The notes beneath the pieces are model-generated. The model saw only the letters and a list, made by a program, of their open reading frames with translations. It had not been told where the DNA came from and did no database searches. A stretch of DNA of 64,000 nt from NCBI RefSeq assembly GCF_006345805.1, contig NC_043016.1, forward strand, positions 28,892,001 to 28,956,000, written 5' to 3'. Shown piece by piece: positions 26,749 through 38,779 of this stretch (its first letter is position 1; each line of letters starts with the position of its first letter). The translations under genes were made by a program, and so were the position numbers. This stretch comes from Octopus sinensis. Taxonomy: Eukaryota.

Positions 26749-26855
26749 AGCACCACCCATTATTGGTTATCTGCCCTTTGAAGTACTTGGTACGTCAGGC
26801 TATGATTATTATCATCCAGATGATTTAGAAAAACTTTCAAAATGCCATGAGCAGT
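26749..26855 (+). CDS. Clock: Clock coding exon, PAS-B
   Basis: ttttgaAG acceptor; AGT|GTAAGT donor. (R)[35 protein letters not shown] is near-invariant in CLOCK. 107 nt, phase 2 to 1. Confidence 0.97.
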
Positions 26856-27054
26856 GTAAGTATATTGTTGTCTTTTTTTCACTCCGTTAATATAGATATA
26901 CCAATGCTTCCAACAGACTTCTGATGTTATTATTTAGTAGTAGTGGTAGTGACAGCAGCAGCAGCAGCAAGAGTAGTAGTGGTTTTAAATTTGTTTCTGG
27001 TTCCATTTCTGTAATTTTTTTGTAACTTGTTTGACTTTTTGGATTATATATACA

Positions 27055-27134
<80 letters not shown>

Positions 27135-27135
<1 letters not shown>

Positions 27136-27403
27136 TCGACTGGCCTCCGTGCCGGTGACACGTAAAAAGCACCATCCAATCGTGGCCGTTTGCCAGCCTC
27201 CTCTGGCACCTGAGCAGGTGGCACATAAAAAGCACCCACTACACTCTCGGAGTGGTTGGCGTTAGGAAGGGCATCCAGCTGTAGAAGCACTGCCAGATCA
27301 GACTGGGCCTGGTGCAACCTTCTGGCTTCCCAGACCCCAGTTGCACCGTCCAACCCATGCTAGCATGGAAAACGGACGTTAAACGATGATGATGATGATG
27401 ATG
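27135..27403 (+). mobile_element. RTE-tailed short element (sense orientation)
   Basis: Ends gcatggaaaacggacgttaaac(GAT)n; reverse complement of the 161-585 family. Confidence 0.8.
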
Positions 27404-27699
27404 TCCTTCAGAATCAGATTCCAACGGGCAAAGTTATAAAAGAAACTTGAATAATCTCTGTCACTTGTGTTTTAAACCCTGTCAGTCAGCAGCTGGTCTT
27501 ATAAGTCATCTGAGGGCTCATTAATGGAGTGATTGTACTGTGATGGGGTGTGGTGAGTTTGTTGATGGGACGGCTATCATCTCTCAAGATGAGGTAATCA
27601 TCATATATATACATGCATACATACATACATATATATGTACCTGCTGCTCTCTGCTCCTCTTTTTCACATATACTCACATATGCACACACGTACCCTTAT

Positions 27700-28140
27700 A
27701 TGTATGTATGCAGGCAGGCCACCTTGTTTGAACACTCGATATACACCTCCCAAGAGATTGTTTTAAAACAAACTAGCAGACAGCAAGCACATACAAGTTG
27801 GACAGAAAAAGCACTTCATGGACACATTCAAAACCTCACTGAAGAACTTTGGGATCAACTCTTGACTTCTGAAAAACACAAATACAAGACTGCCCATTCT
27901 GGTGAAACTGCAGCAGCAGAGGTACCACCTCCTATGAAGAGAACAAGATTGCAGGGGTACAAAGAAAACACAAGCTGTACAAGTCCAGAGCCAACTTCTT
28001 CTCACCTTCAGTCCCAGCAGATCACGAGTGCCTGACCTATAGCAAAGCCTTCCAAGTATGCATCAGACAGATCAACCTCAGCCAGACACACTGAGCCCCA
28101 TCTTCTCTCATGTGATGTCCTTGGTCATCATTGATGACGG
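27700..28140 (+). mobile_element. Old RTE-like ORF2 C-terminal relic
   Basis: EELWDQLLTSEKHKYKTAHSG...KRTR resembles the RTE WExxAxDRxxWR...KR segment. Ends gtcatcattgatgacggatga. Confidence 0.45.
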
Positions 28141-28622
28141 ATGAATTGTATATTTATGTTTATATGTACGTATGTATGTGGGGGGTGAGAGGGGAGGGTT
28201 GTATCACGTATTTCAATACTTTCTAAAATAAGCCTGCACTCTTCAATTTTAACACACTGAGTACCAAGGAGAAATGTGTAAATTGGTCCCGTCTGCCGCA
28301 TGTTTTTTTTTTTCAAATTCGTAGAGTATTTCAGTTGTATACAATAACTGTATACATTTCATTTTTCGATGAGAAAACGTGTATACAATATACATATATG
28401 CAGCACATTTGTAAAGTGCCATGTATACATATATTGTATACATGGCACTCAATGTGTTAATGACTCTGAGGAAGCTACAGCATGAGTACACAAAGCACTC
28501 ACTTCTAAGCACATTGATTCTTATAGCAGAAACAACTCTAAGCTAATGAAAGTGATCATGTAACTCCTGTTCTCTTGACAGTCCTTGATAAACACACACA
28601 AACATACATGATATAAAACAAA

Positions 28623-28707
<85 letters not shown>

Positions 28708-28978
28708 ATATATCCATACATTTGTTTTATGTTGGACAAATACACATTTGAAGCAGTATTTTACAAGGCTGGATGTCATACCTGTTGCCAACCCTTACCT
28801 GTTTTACAAGAGGAGATATTTTTCCCACTTGACATTATTATTATTCTGTTGAGGTCGGTTTTGTCTTTCATCCTTTCAGGGTCAATGAAATAAGTATCAG
28901 TTATACACTGGGGATCAATGTAATTAACTAATCCCCTCCCCCAAATTCCAGGCCTTGTGCCTATAGTACAAAGATCAA

Positions 28979-29347
28979 TTACCTCTGCCTTAGTGAAGGT
29001 GGAGGTATTGTTTCCAGTTGTATTTATTTGTTTGTTTGTCCATGGACAAGTTATCTCAGGAACTGCTGGATGGATTTCGATGAAACTTTCAGGGATGTTT
29101 GGCCACGTGACTGGCATGAACTGATTAGTTCTTGGGATTGATCTGATACTGGACAAGGATTCTGTATTATTTTTCCTGTTTGTTTACTTAATCTTTGAGA
29201 GTGGTCACGTTCATTTTTAGTATTCTCGTTTGTGAGAACAGTCGAGCTTATTTCAGATATTCCCATTTCAAAAATCATCTCTGGCTAATTGTTGAGAGGA
29301 TGTTGGTTTTGCCTTAGCAGAGGTTTGCACTGTCTGAGTGCTCCTGT
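28979..29347 (+). mobile_element. Helentron-associated (HINE/DINE-1-like) non-autonomous element
   Basis: 5' ACCTCTGC(CTT) with adjacent inverted AAGGTGGAGGT; 3' subterminal GCAGAGGT (29317-24); 3' hairpin GCACT-gtctg-AGTGC (29327-41); inserted at TT. Confidence 0.75.
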
Positions 29348-29636
29348 TATTATTATTATTATTGAGGCAGTGAACTGGTAGAATTGTTAGTGCATATGAT
29401 GAAATGTTGAACAGCATTTCTTTTGACTCATATTTTTCTTAGTTCTGATGCTGCCTAAATCAATTTTACCTTTTGGTATCAGTAAAATAAGTACCAGTTG
29501 AGCAATGGGGCTGATGTAATCAACTTGCCTCCACCACTAAGAATTGCTCATCTTGGGAAAGCAAGCCTTGTGCCAAAATAAGAAACCACCACCATTACTA
29601 CTGCTATGACTACTACTACTGCTGCTGCTGCTGCTG

Positions 29637-29674
<38 letters not shown>

Positions 29675-29721
29675 GCCACCACCACGTCATAATTTTGTAT
29701 TTCATCCTCGTTTTCTTGCAG

Positions 29722-29869
29722 TAATGCATGCAGGTGAAGGTACATCATGTTTCTACCGGTTTTTAACCAAAGGACAACAGTGGATTTGGTTAAGAACTCG
29801 TTATTATATCACATATCACCAGTGGAACTCTAAACCAGAATTTATTGTGTGTACTCATAAAGTTGTCAG
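29722..29869 (+). CDS. Clock: Clock coding exon, PAS-B/PAC
   Basis: cttgcAG acceptor; CAG|GTAAGA donor. (L)[48 protein letters not shown](S). 148 nt, phase 1 to 2. Confidence 0.97.
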
Positions 29870-29944
29870 GTAAGAAAAAAAAATATTATCTGTCCATTTT
29901 GGTTTCTACTCTTACATACTTCAAATTTGTCGTCCTGGGACAAC

Positions 29945-30420
29945 CAAAAGAATACCCTCCATCAGGCATTTGCCATATCCTGAACGCCTTACTTCCCTGG
30001 GCATGGACACATTGAAACTCCAACGTCTGGCAGCTGACTTGGCAGACACCCATAAAATTATCAACCATCGCACAAACAATAACTCTGAGCACCTCTTCAA
30101 ACTCCACCCATCTAACACCCGTGGACAATCTACAAAGTAAGAAAACAGCACAGCTCCCATGACTTCAGGAAACATTTTTTCACGCTGAGAGTTGCTGAAG
30201 CGTGGAACAAACTGCCGGCATCGGTTGTTAGTTGTCGGAGCACTGCATCCTTCAAAACTTCCATGCTTCCTGAGATTCGCCAACACTACACTTGATACCA
30301 CACAAGCATGTTCACTTTCCAGACGTTTCTACATTACTGCATGCACTTTATATGCACTTTCTGACAAGTTGTGGTGCACCTGAGCACTGTATACAATAAT
30401 TTCATTATTATTATTATTTA
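29945..30420 (+). mobile_element. 5'-truncated CR1-clade LINE 3' end
   Basis: LPYPERLTSLGMDTLKLQRLAADL...TRG and RKHFFTLRVAEAWNKLPASVV...FK, then an (ATT)n tail. Confidence 0.85.
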
Positions 30421-30729
30421 TATCTAATCCAGGTGACCTAATACATGCCATACTGGGATTTTACAGAGATAATTTAACCTCGATGACCTGGGATTTTACA
30501 GAGATTGTCTAATCCTAGATGATCCCGAGATTTTACGGATAATTTAAACTAGATGATCCATATTGTCATAATATATAAATCCAAAATTTATCGGGTTTAT
30601 ACATACAAAGAGTTTGTGTTTATTAACTGTATATTGCATTATTTGTTAATGAAGGAGCCCCTAGTCTATCAGTTGACCTGCTAGAAACAGCAGCTAAATC
30701 TCTCTCAGATTGAACCTTGCCAACTAAAA

Positions 30730-31110
30730 ATAGGAAGGATATATTAGGTAACTTAACATCCTACATACAACTTGAAATATGTTGGAGCACTTGTAACTAG
30801 AATGATGCCCTTCAGCAATGCTGTGGTATTGTGAGGATGTAAGTTTTCTCTCCAATAACACTTTAACTGTAATAGTCCATAATATTTAAATCTGGCAAGT
30901 TTAGAGGCCACAAGTTTGGTGTTACATGATTGTAAAGGTTGTCTGATATCCAGTCTTGTTGAAGCATGTATGGCCTTCCACATCCAGAATGTAACAAATG
31001 TCTCTGGTACCTCACTGTATCTTACAGCATTAACTTTAAAACCCTGTGGGAGGATGTGAGATGGCATGACATGAGCTTTGTTACTCACAACTCCTAAAAC
31101 CATCTTAGTT
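30730..31110 (-). mobile_element. Tc1/mariner transposase relic (DDE region)
   Basis: ORF 30753-31103 MVLGVVSNKAHVMPSHILPQGFKVNAVRYSEVPET...PHNT resembles the MVLGVVSSEGHVMPPHFF..GLRVN motif of DD37D-type mariners. Confidence 0.72.
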
Positions 31111-31794
31111 GCTAGAAACTTAGTTAGTGTGCATCAGTCTGGAAGATTTGAATATAACCATCTGCCATTTCTCTCATTAGAGCTTTGGTCTTGGTTGAAG
31201 TTTTTCTCATCAAAGAATCAAAGTATGCCATGTTTGTGAAGGTTTTTAATCACTTGGTATGAGCCAGATAGTTTTCCTTGGTCTTCATTGAAGTTTTTCT
31301 CTTCAAAGAACCAAAGCATGCCATGTTTAAGAGGGTTTTTAACCACTTGGTATAAACCAAATACTTTATGACTAGTGACTGAGACCTTTGGCGATATACT
31401 GTGCTTGAGAAGACCTGTCAAGCCAAGTGAAATAGCAGTTGCAACCACAAACTCCAAAAATATAGCTTATATGCCCATTACCCATGTGCTGGCTATAATT
31501 TCTATAGAACATCTGTAGGGATAACTTTAATAAAATTTGTCTACAAAATATCTTGCACCATTTAGAAAGTTGTCAATTTTTAATTCACTCTGTCCTACTT
31601 ATATATGGCAGCTGCATGTCTTTTCATTTCTTGTACTGATACTTTATGTGTTATGGGGAAGCTGAAAGAAATAGAAGCCTTTTAATTGATTTGAAGAGAT
31701 AATTAGGATTCCTCAAATGCCTCTTGCACACTATATATATTGAATTAGTGCTTAGGCACTGTAAAAATAGCTCCACATAATGTTGTTAAATTAC

Positions 31795-32104
31795 AATATG
31801 TTAATAATTCAGTGCAATAGCAGGTATTCTGTATTCCTGATGAAATGACCTATTCATCACATTTAATTAATTATGTATAAATTATATTGTTGATGATTAC
31901 ACTAAAACTGTAGAAACAGATGTAGAACAAACGAAATTTTGAAACATCAAATATGTTAATAATTCAGTGCAATAGCAGATATTCTGTATTCCTGATGAAA
32001 TGACCTATTCATCACATTTAATTAATTATGTATAAATTATATTGTTGATGATTACACTAAAAGTGTAGAACCAGATGTAGAACAAACGAAATTTTGAAGC
32101 ATCA
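31795..32104. repeat. Direct tandem duplication, 2 x 155 bp
   Basis: 31795-31949 and 31950-32104 differ at 4 positions. Confidence 0.95.
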
Positions 32105-32194
32105 TTGAGACCTTTAGTTTTCTAGTTTTCCAAGTGTATATGTGTGTATTGTATGCAGCAAAGCAATAATCTCTTTTCTTTCTTTTTTATTCAG

Positions 32195-32310
32195 TTATGC
32201 TGATGTTCGACATCAGATGAGGAAAGAGCTTGGTTTCAGTGAAGAACAAATAGGACCAGTTGCTATAGAATCAGCACCCTCAGAACAGTCTTGCCCAAGT
32301 TCTTCAGTTC
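32195..32310 (+). CDS. Clock: Clock coding exon after PAC (donor ambiguous: 32310 or 32379)
   Basis: tattcAG acceptor. (S)YADVRHQMRKELGFSEEQIGPVAIESAPSEQSCPSSSV matches CLOCK SYAEVR...ELG. The phase-1 donor TTC|GTAAAT fits the next acceptor, and CAC|GTAATT at 32379 fits equally. Confidence 0.88.
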
Positions 32311-32453
32311 GTAAATTGTCACCTACTTGTGTTGACTGGACGGCACTAACTTCTGGAGTACAAAGTTCTTCAATATCACGTAATTTCAAATTTATTTAGT
32401 TGCTATTCTGTTAAACTTCTTTTACTACTTCTATCTGTCTGTCTCTCTCTCTC

Positions 32454-32506
<53 letters not shown>

Positions 32507-34101
32507 ATATACACACCTGCGCATGCGCACACACACACACACATCACATTCTATGTATGCACTTCCTCTATGTTTTGAGAGGTGCACATGTATAGTAGCC
32601 AGGTAAATTGGAGAATTGGCAGTCATTGGAGCACTAGATAGAATCCACCTCCTCTGTCTCACCCCACCCCACTGTTATCATTGTTCTAATGTCTACTTCT
32701 CTATGCTTGCATGTGTCAGAATATATTTTTTTAGACAGATTATTGCCAGATGCTTTTCCTGTTGCCAATTCTAACTGAAGTAAAATATTTTCCCCCCATG
32801 TCCAGCCATGTTTTCAATGGAAATTTGAAAACAAACAATACTTCTTGCATGACAGTGATGTTTGTTTATATCTAGTACACAATAACAAAGCTAGAATACA
32901 CATGCATGTGCGTGTGTGCATGCGCACGCATGCACGCACAATGAGTGGACATTATGGGTATTACTACATGCATTTTATTAGCAAATTTATTATTAACACA
33001 ATTTGGCATACAGTAAAATGCTCAATTATATATGATTATGCAATAAGATGTTTATGTAACATTGCCACTTCTTCAGGTAATAATCCATTAGAGATTTATT
33101 CGGTTATGTGCAACACTGGGATAATGGTAAGATATAGAACTTTCCAGTAAAGGATAGTTAAATATACTAATTAATTCAGTTAGGGATGGTAGGCTTTGTA
33201 TAGAGTCATTGACCCATCAAAATCATTAACACCACTTGTTAAACCAATTCATTACTTTCAGATGAGTAAAAATTGGGAGTGTACATTAAGCTGACAGCCA
33301 ATCAATTTGTTAACTATATGAGCTAGACAGTTTTATCATATTCAGTCCCTTTCAGGGTGGGTATACAACTTAGTCAATTAAACTCAAAGTGGTTAGGGGA
33401 GGAAAATTGATAACAGTAGAATGAAGCTGACATCCAGAAAGTCTTATTAGCATTAACAGTGGTCATTGGTGTTACTAGCAAAGAACAAGTTAGAGATAGT
33501 GCCAAACGAACTATTCAGACGGTTGTACGTAGCTATTAAGCAGTTTAAGTATGAGATAAGATGAAAAGAAGCCACACTATTGCACAAATGCACACACATG
33601 TGGATGCATCCACACACACACACACGTGCAGATATATCTACACTTATTTCTTTCCAGTCTTCCTAATGTTCTTTGCATTCGGTGACCATGTCTCACAACT
33701 ATGTAACATTGCAATTCTAACACATGCGTCATGCAGTCTGCCCTTCATTCTATTGGAAAAGACTTTTGCTGCGAGCAGTGGTTGTTGCTCCTGGAGCTTT
33801 CTCCAAATCCATTCTTACTCTGGCTATTATACTTTCCGAGCAGCCAAAAGCTGTCAACTACTTCTAGTGAGCCATCTAGGCATTCAAGGGATTCTATTTC
33901 TGGTGTGTTCATAGAACATATTGCTCCAATGCAGTTATCACATAGTCATGACTAAATGGTAAATGTAGTAAGGTTTTATAAATATGTTACAGTCTGTAAT
34001 TAACTGTTTCATTACCATATTTCTCCCCAATTACCATGATGTTTCAATAAATTTTCAAAATAATGAAGAATTTAGAGGAATTTAGCAAAATAATTCACTT
34101 T

Positions 34102-34411
34102 AATGTAAAGTATACTAGCATCTCAATATGGCTAACCACAAAGGGTGGGTGTTACTGTAGCTTTTAGCCCCAGGAGATCATCGTCTCCAGCTGGCTTTAG
34201 ACACACTTTCTGTGCCCTTATGATATTTGCAAAGGGAGGTCATCCCTCTCGTAAACCTAAGTGATACGCACGGACTGCAGTTTCGAGGTAATTTGCCTCT
34301 TGAAAGTGTGTCTAAAGCCAGCTGGAGACGATGATCTCCTGGGGCTAAAAGCTACAGTAACACCCACCCTTTGTGGTTAGCCATATTGAGATGGCTAGTA
34401 TACTTTACGTT
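34102..34411. repeat. Long inverted repeat (92-bp perfect arms, 91-bp spacer)
   Basis: 34119-34210 is the exact reverse complement of 34302-34393. Pairing extends about 17 bp further with one bulge and one mismatch. Confidence 0.95.
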
Positions 34412-34838
34412 GTCGAGCAGTTACTGTTTACATCTTGTTCAGAGATTTATTTTTGCAATCCACTTTAATGTTATTAATTTATTATTTTAAACATAAATTA
34501 ACATAAAATTGTAACAGAAGTTTTCAATTTAAATATAAAATTTTAAAATGAGAGGTTTATTAAGTAACAGTGGTGGTTGCTTCACGTGGGTTGGTATCAA
34601 ATGGATTTTTTTATGCGCTATGGGAATATATGAAGAACTATTACTTGAATACAGTCAGCTTATTGTTCTTCAGGAACACACCTGAAAGAGAGAGAAAGTA
34701 AATTAGTATTTCAGAAATTTACCTGAGCTAGTGACACACCTGCCTTTTTTTTTTTTTATTATTATCAGCCTATTTGTCTGTCTTTATACCTGTCTATGTC
34801 TAATTCTCATTATTTCTGCAAATTCTTTAACACTTCAG

Positions 34839-34963
34839 CTGGACAATTAAGAATATCAAGTGATGGAGCAGACACAACAGAGAAACCTCATTCTACTCTT
34901 GATGAATTAGCTGTGCCAAGTGTGCTGTCCCATCAACAGGTGCATACACAGCCTCCTCCTCCT

Positions 34964-34998
<35 letters not shown>

Positions 34999-35005
34999 AC
35001 AACAG

Positions 35006-35050
<45 letters not shown>

Positions 35051-35719
35051 TTATCAGTCCAACAACAGCAACAGGTACAGACACAACAACAGCCACTGCA
35101 GCAAGTTCAAGCAGTTCAACAACAGCAGCAGCAACAACAACAACCACAACAGGTGCAAGTGGTACAAGCACAGCAGCAGCAGCAGCAGCAACAACAACAA
35201 CAGCAGCAGCAACAACAACAAGTGGTACAAACTCAACCTTCACCTAATACACAATACCAGACAACATCACAAGCACAGCTTTCACAACAGCAACAGCAAG
35301 CACAACAACAACAACAACAAAAACAACAACAAGCACAGCAACAGCAACAACAAGCACAGCAGCAGCAACAACAACAACAACAACAGCAAGCACAACAAAC
35401 AAAACAGGCTCAAGGAGAGCAACAACTCCCTGCAAAACAGGTCCAACAACCACAATCACAGCAACAACAAGCACAGCAACAACAACAACAACAACAAGCA
35501 CAATCACAACAACAACAACAAGCACAGTCACAACAACAACAACAGTCACAACAGCAACAACAACAACAACAACCATTAGCAACAGTTCCACTTGCCACCT
35601 CTCAGAGTCATCAAATACAGCAAACAGATTTAAGTCGTCAGCAAGGTTTGGCTGTTCCAGGAATGGTTATGATGATGGGTCCCTCTTCTATTCCGACAAC
35701 TGACTTGGAAACTGTACAG
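34839..35719 (+). CDS. Clock: Clock large glutamine-rich exon (donor 35719, 35734 or 35755)
   Basis: cacttcAG acceptor in phase 1, matching the preceding donor. Open frame GQLRISSDGADTTEKPHS...polyQ...PTTDLETVQ. Three phase-0 donors all match the phase-0 acceptor at 63651. Confidence 0.82.
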
Positions 35720-36144
35720 GTCAATTCCGACTTAGTAAGGATTTACACTTCAGATGTAATAACATATCTAATGGATTAATTACTCATCAGCTTGTCTTTT
35801 TTGTTTTGCATTGTTGTCATGGCAATTTTATTGCATTTGATCATTTCAGCTCATTTCTTCTTTATTTCTTTGTTGTGTATTTTGTTTTCTTCTGATTCTT
35901 TCTATTCTTTGTCCTGTTTCCTTTTTTTCCTCTTTTTTTTTTCTTTTTAAGTTTCCATATTTTCGTTTCTGTCTACATTCTTTGATGATATATCACAGAA
36001 TCTCTTTTTTAGCCATTCTTTTGCTATATATTTCTAATTTATTTGTCTTGGAGTTTTAGATAACTTTAGAATTGTTTTCTTGTTCTCTTATTTGTGTTAC
36101 TTTTGCTCCGTTTTTTCTGCTTGAGCATTATTATTATTAGTAAT

Positions 36145-36176
<32 letters not shown>

Positions 36177-36254
36177 GTTGTTGTTGTTGTTGTTTTGTCA
36201 TTGTTCCTATTGTTGTTATTGCCATTTTCATTGTTATCATTATTATTATCATCA

Positions 36255-36288
<34 letters not shown>

Positions 36289-36538
36289 CATTATTATTAT
36301 TAATAATAATAAGTAATAACATAATAATAATAATAATAATAATATTGGACTAATTTACTACCAGTATGTAGTTTCATCCTTTGGAATTTTCTGTTCAAAT
36401 CCTATCAAGATCAACATTTGCCTTTCATCCATCTATCCATGGTCAATAAATAGCTATTTGCTGGGGTTGATTTGATCAATTATACCCCTTCAAATTTTGT
36501 AACCGTGTACCTGTATAAAATACCCTTAATTTGACATT

Positions 36539-38530
36539 CATCATCATCATCATCATCATCATTTAGCGTCCGTTCTCCATGCTAGCAAGGGTTGGACGGT
36601 TCAACTGGGGTCTGTGAAGTTGGAAGGCTTCATCAGGCCCAGTCAGATCTGGCAGTGTTTCTACGGCTGGATGCCCTTCCTAACGCCAACCACTCCGTGA
36701 GTGTAGTGGGTGCTTTTTACGTGCCACCTGCACAGGTGCCAGACAGAGCTGGCAAACGGCCACGAACGGATGGTGCTTTTACGTGTCACCGGCACAGGGC
36801 CAGGCGAGGCTGGCAATGGACACGAACGGATGGTGCTTTTACGTGCCACCAACACGGGGGCCAGACAGAGCTGGCAAACGGCCACGAAACGGATGGTGCT
36901 TTTACGTGTCACCGGCACGGGGGCCAGGCGAGGCTGGCAACGGGCACGAACGGATGGTGCTTTTACGTGTCACCGGCATGGGGGCCAGGCGAGGCTGGCA
37001 ACGGACACGAACGGATGGTGCTTTTACATGTCACCGACATGGGGGCCAGACAGGGCTGGCAAACGGCCACGAACGGATGGTGCTTTTACGTGTCACCAGC
37101 ACGGGGGCCAGACAGAGCTGGCAAACGGCCACGAACGGATGGTGCTTTTACGTGTCACAGGCACGGGGCCAGACAGAGCTGGCAAACGGCCACAAACGGA
37201 TGGTACTTTTACGTGTCACCGGCACGGGGGCCAGGCCAGGCTGGCAACGAACACGAACGGATGGTGCTTTTACGTGCCACCTACACAGGGGCCAGACAGG
37301 GCTGGCGAACGGCTACGAACGGATGGTACTTTTACGTGTCACCTGCACGGGGGCCCTGATGTTGATCGACCTCAATTTGGTTTGATCTTGATTTTGACTG
37401 TCTCACTGGTCTTGCCGGGTTTTCTCACGCACAGCATACCTCCAAAGGTCTCGGTCACTGGTCATTTCCTTGGTGAGACCTAAAGTTCGAAGGTCGTGCT
37501 TACCGCCTCGACCCAGGTTTCTGGGTCTACCTCTTCCACAGGTCCCCTCAACTGCCAGGGTGGGTGGCACTTTCGCACACAACTATCTTCAGCCATTCTC
37601 ATCACATGACCATACCAGCGCATACATCTCTCTTGCACACAACACTGATACTTCTTAGGTTCAACTTTTCTCTCAAGGTACTTACACTCTGTCGATTATG
37701 AACACTGACGTTACACATCCATCGGAGCATACTAGCTTCATTCTTGCGAGCTTACGCAAATCCTCAGCAGTCACAGCCCAAGTTTCACTACCATGTAGCA
37801 TGGCTGTACGTACACATGCATCATACAGTCTGCCTTTTACTTTGAGCGAGAGGCCTTTTGTCACCAGCAGAGGTAAGAGCTCTCTAAACTTTGCCCAGGC
37901 TATTCTTACTCTAGCAGTTATACTCTCAGCGCACCCGCCCCCGCTACTGACTTGGTCACCTAGGTAACGGAAACTATCAACTACTTCTAGCTTTTCTCCC
38001 TGGAAAGTGGCGGAAGTTGGTCTCAGAGCATCTTCAGTGTTAATTGTTCCTGAGATCTGCCACATACAAAAACCATCTTCCTAGTTAGCCTTCTTTGACA
38101 TTGCTGCACCTCTTATGTGTCCATAGCTTACACTTGGTGCATCTTATAGAGTTTCTACCTACACCTTTTCTACAGATCGAGCAGGGCCATCTACCTGAAG
38201 GCGTTTGTGATTGGTCTACCTTCCTACTTATAGGACTTGGTTTTGGCTAGGTTGATTCTAAGGCCCTTCGATTCTAAACCTTGTTTCCATACCTGAAACT
38301 TCTCCTCTAGTTCTGATAGAGACTCAGCAATTAGAGCAAGGTCATCAGCATAGAGGAGCTCCCAGGGGCATCCTGTCTTGAATTCCTCCGTTATTGCCTG
38401 GAGGACTATGATAAATAGGAGAGGACTGAGGACTGAACCTTGGTGGACCCCAACCTCTACCCTGAATTCTTCACTGTACTCGGTGCCAACCCTCACCTTA
38501 CTAGCAGCGTCTCTGTACATGGCTTGTATT
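36539..38530 (-). mobile_element. 5'-truncated RTE-clade LINE with an expanded VNTR in its 3' UTR
   Basis: ORF 38224-38520 (VGVHQGSVLSPLLF...WELLYADDL, RT core) and ORF 37682-38065 (GRLYDACVRTAMLHGSETW). (CAT)n tail at 36539-36562. Confidence 0.92.
36708..37355. repeat. Minisatellite, about 10.5 x 60-62 bp
   Basis: Unit GGATGGTGCTTTTACGTG(T/C)CAC...GGCC(A)G...GCTGGC(A)AACGG.CACGAAC. Confidence 0.93.
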
Positions 38531-38779
38531 ATTGTTAATGAATGAATGATCTAATATAAGAAATTATTATTAATACTATTATTATTAAAGGTGGTGAGCT
38601 GGCATTTTTTTCTACCTTTACCATTCTGGGTTTAAATTCTGCCATGGTCAACTTAACTTTATGTCCTTTTGGGGATGATACAATAAGTACCAGTTGAGTA
38701 CTGGGGTCAGTGTAATTAGCTTGCCTCTTCTCAAAATGCTGGCTGTGTGCCAAAATAGATTTGAAAAAAAATTTATTAT

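Noticed and set aside
31830-32110. C/D-box snoRNA in the 155-bp duplication (TGATGA motifs near a 3' splice site)
   Set aside because: No terminal CTGA D box or closing stem.
34893-35598. Poly-Ser/Asn (+) and poly-Val/Ala/Leu/Cys (-) ORFs
   Set aside because: Alternative readings of the CAG/CAA tract. Only the Gln frame fits the splice phases.
36708-37355. CRISPR-like regularly spaced repeats, and three long overlapping ORFs
   Set aside because: The whole unit is repeated with no unique spacers, it lies in a LINE 3' UTR in a eukaryote, and there are no cas genes. The ORFs are a by-product of the stop-poor tandem unit.
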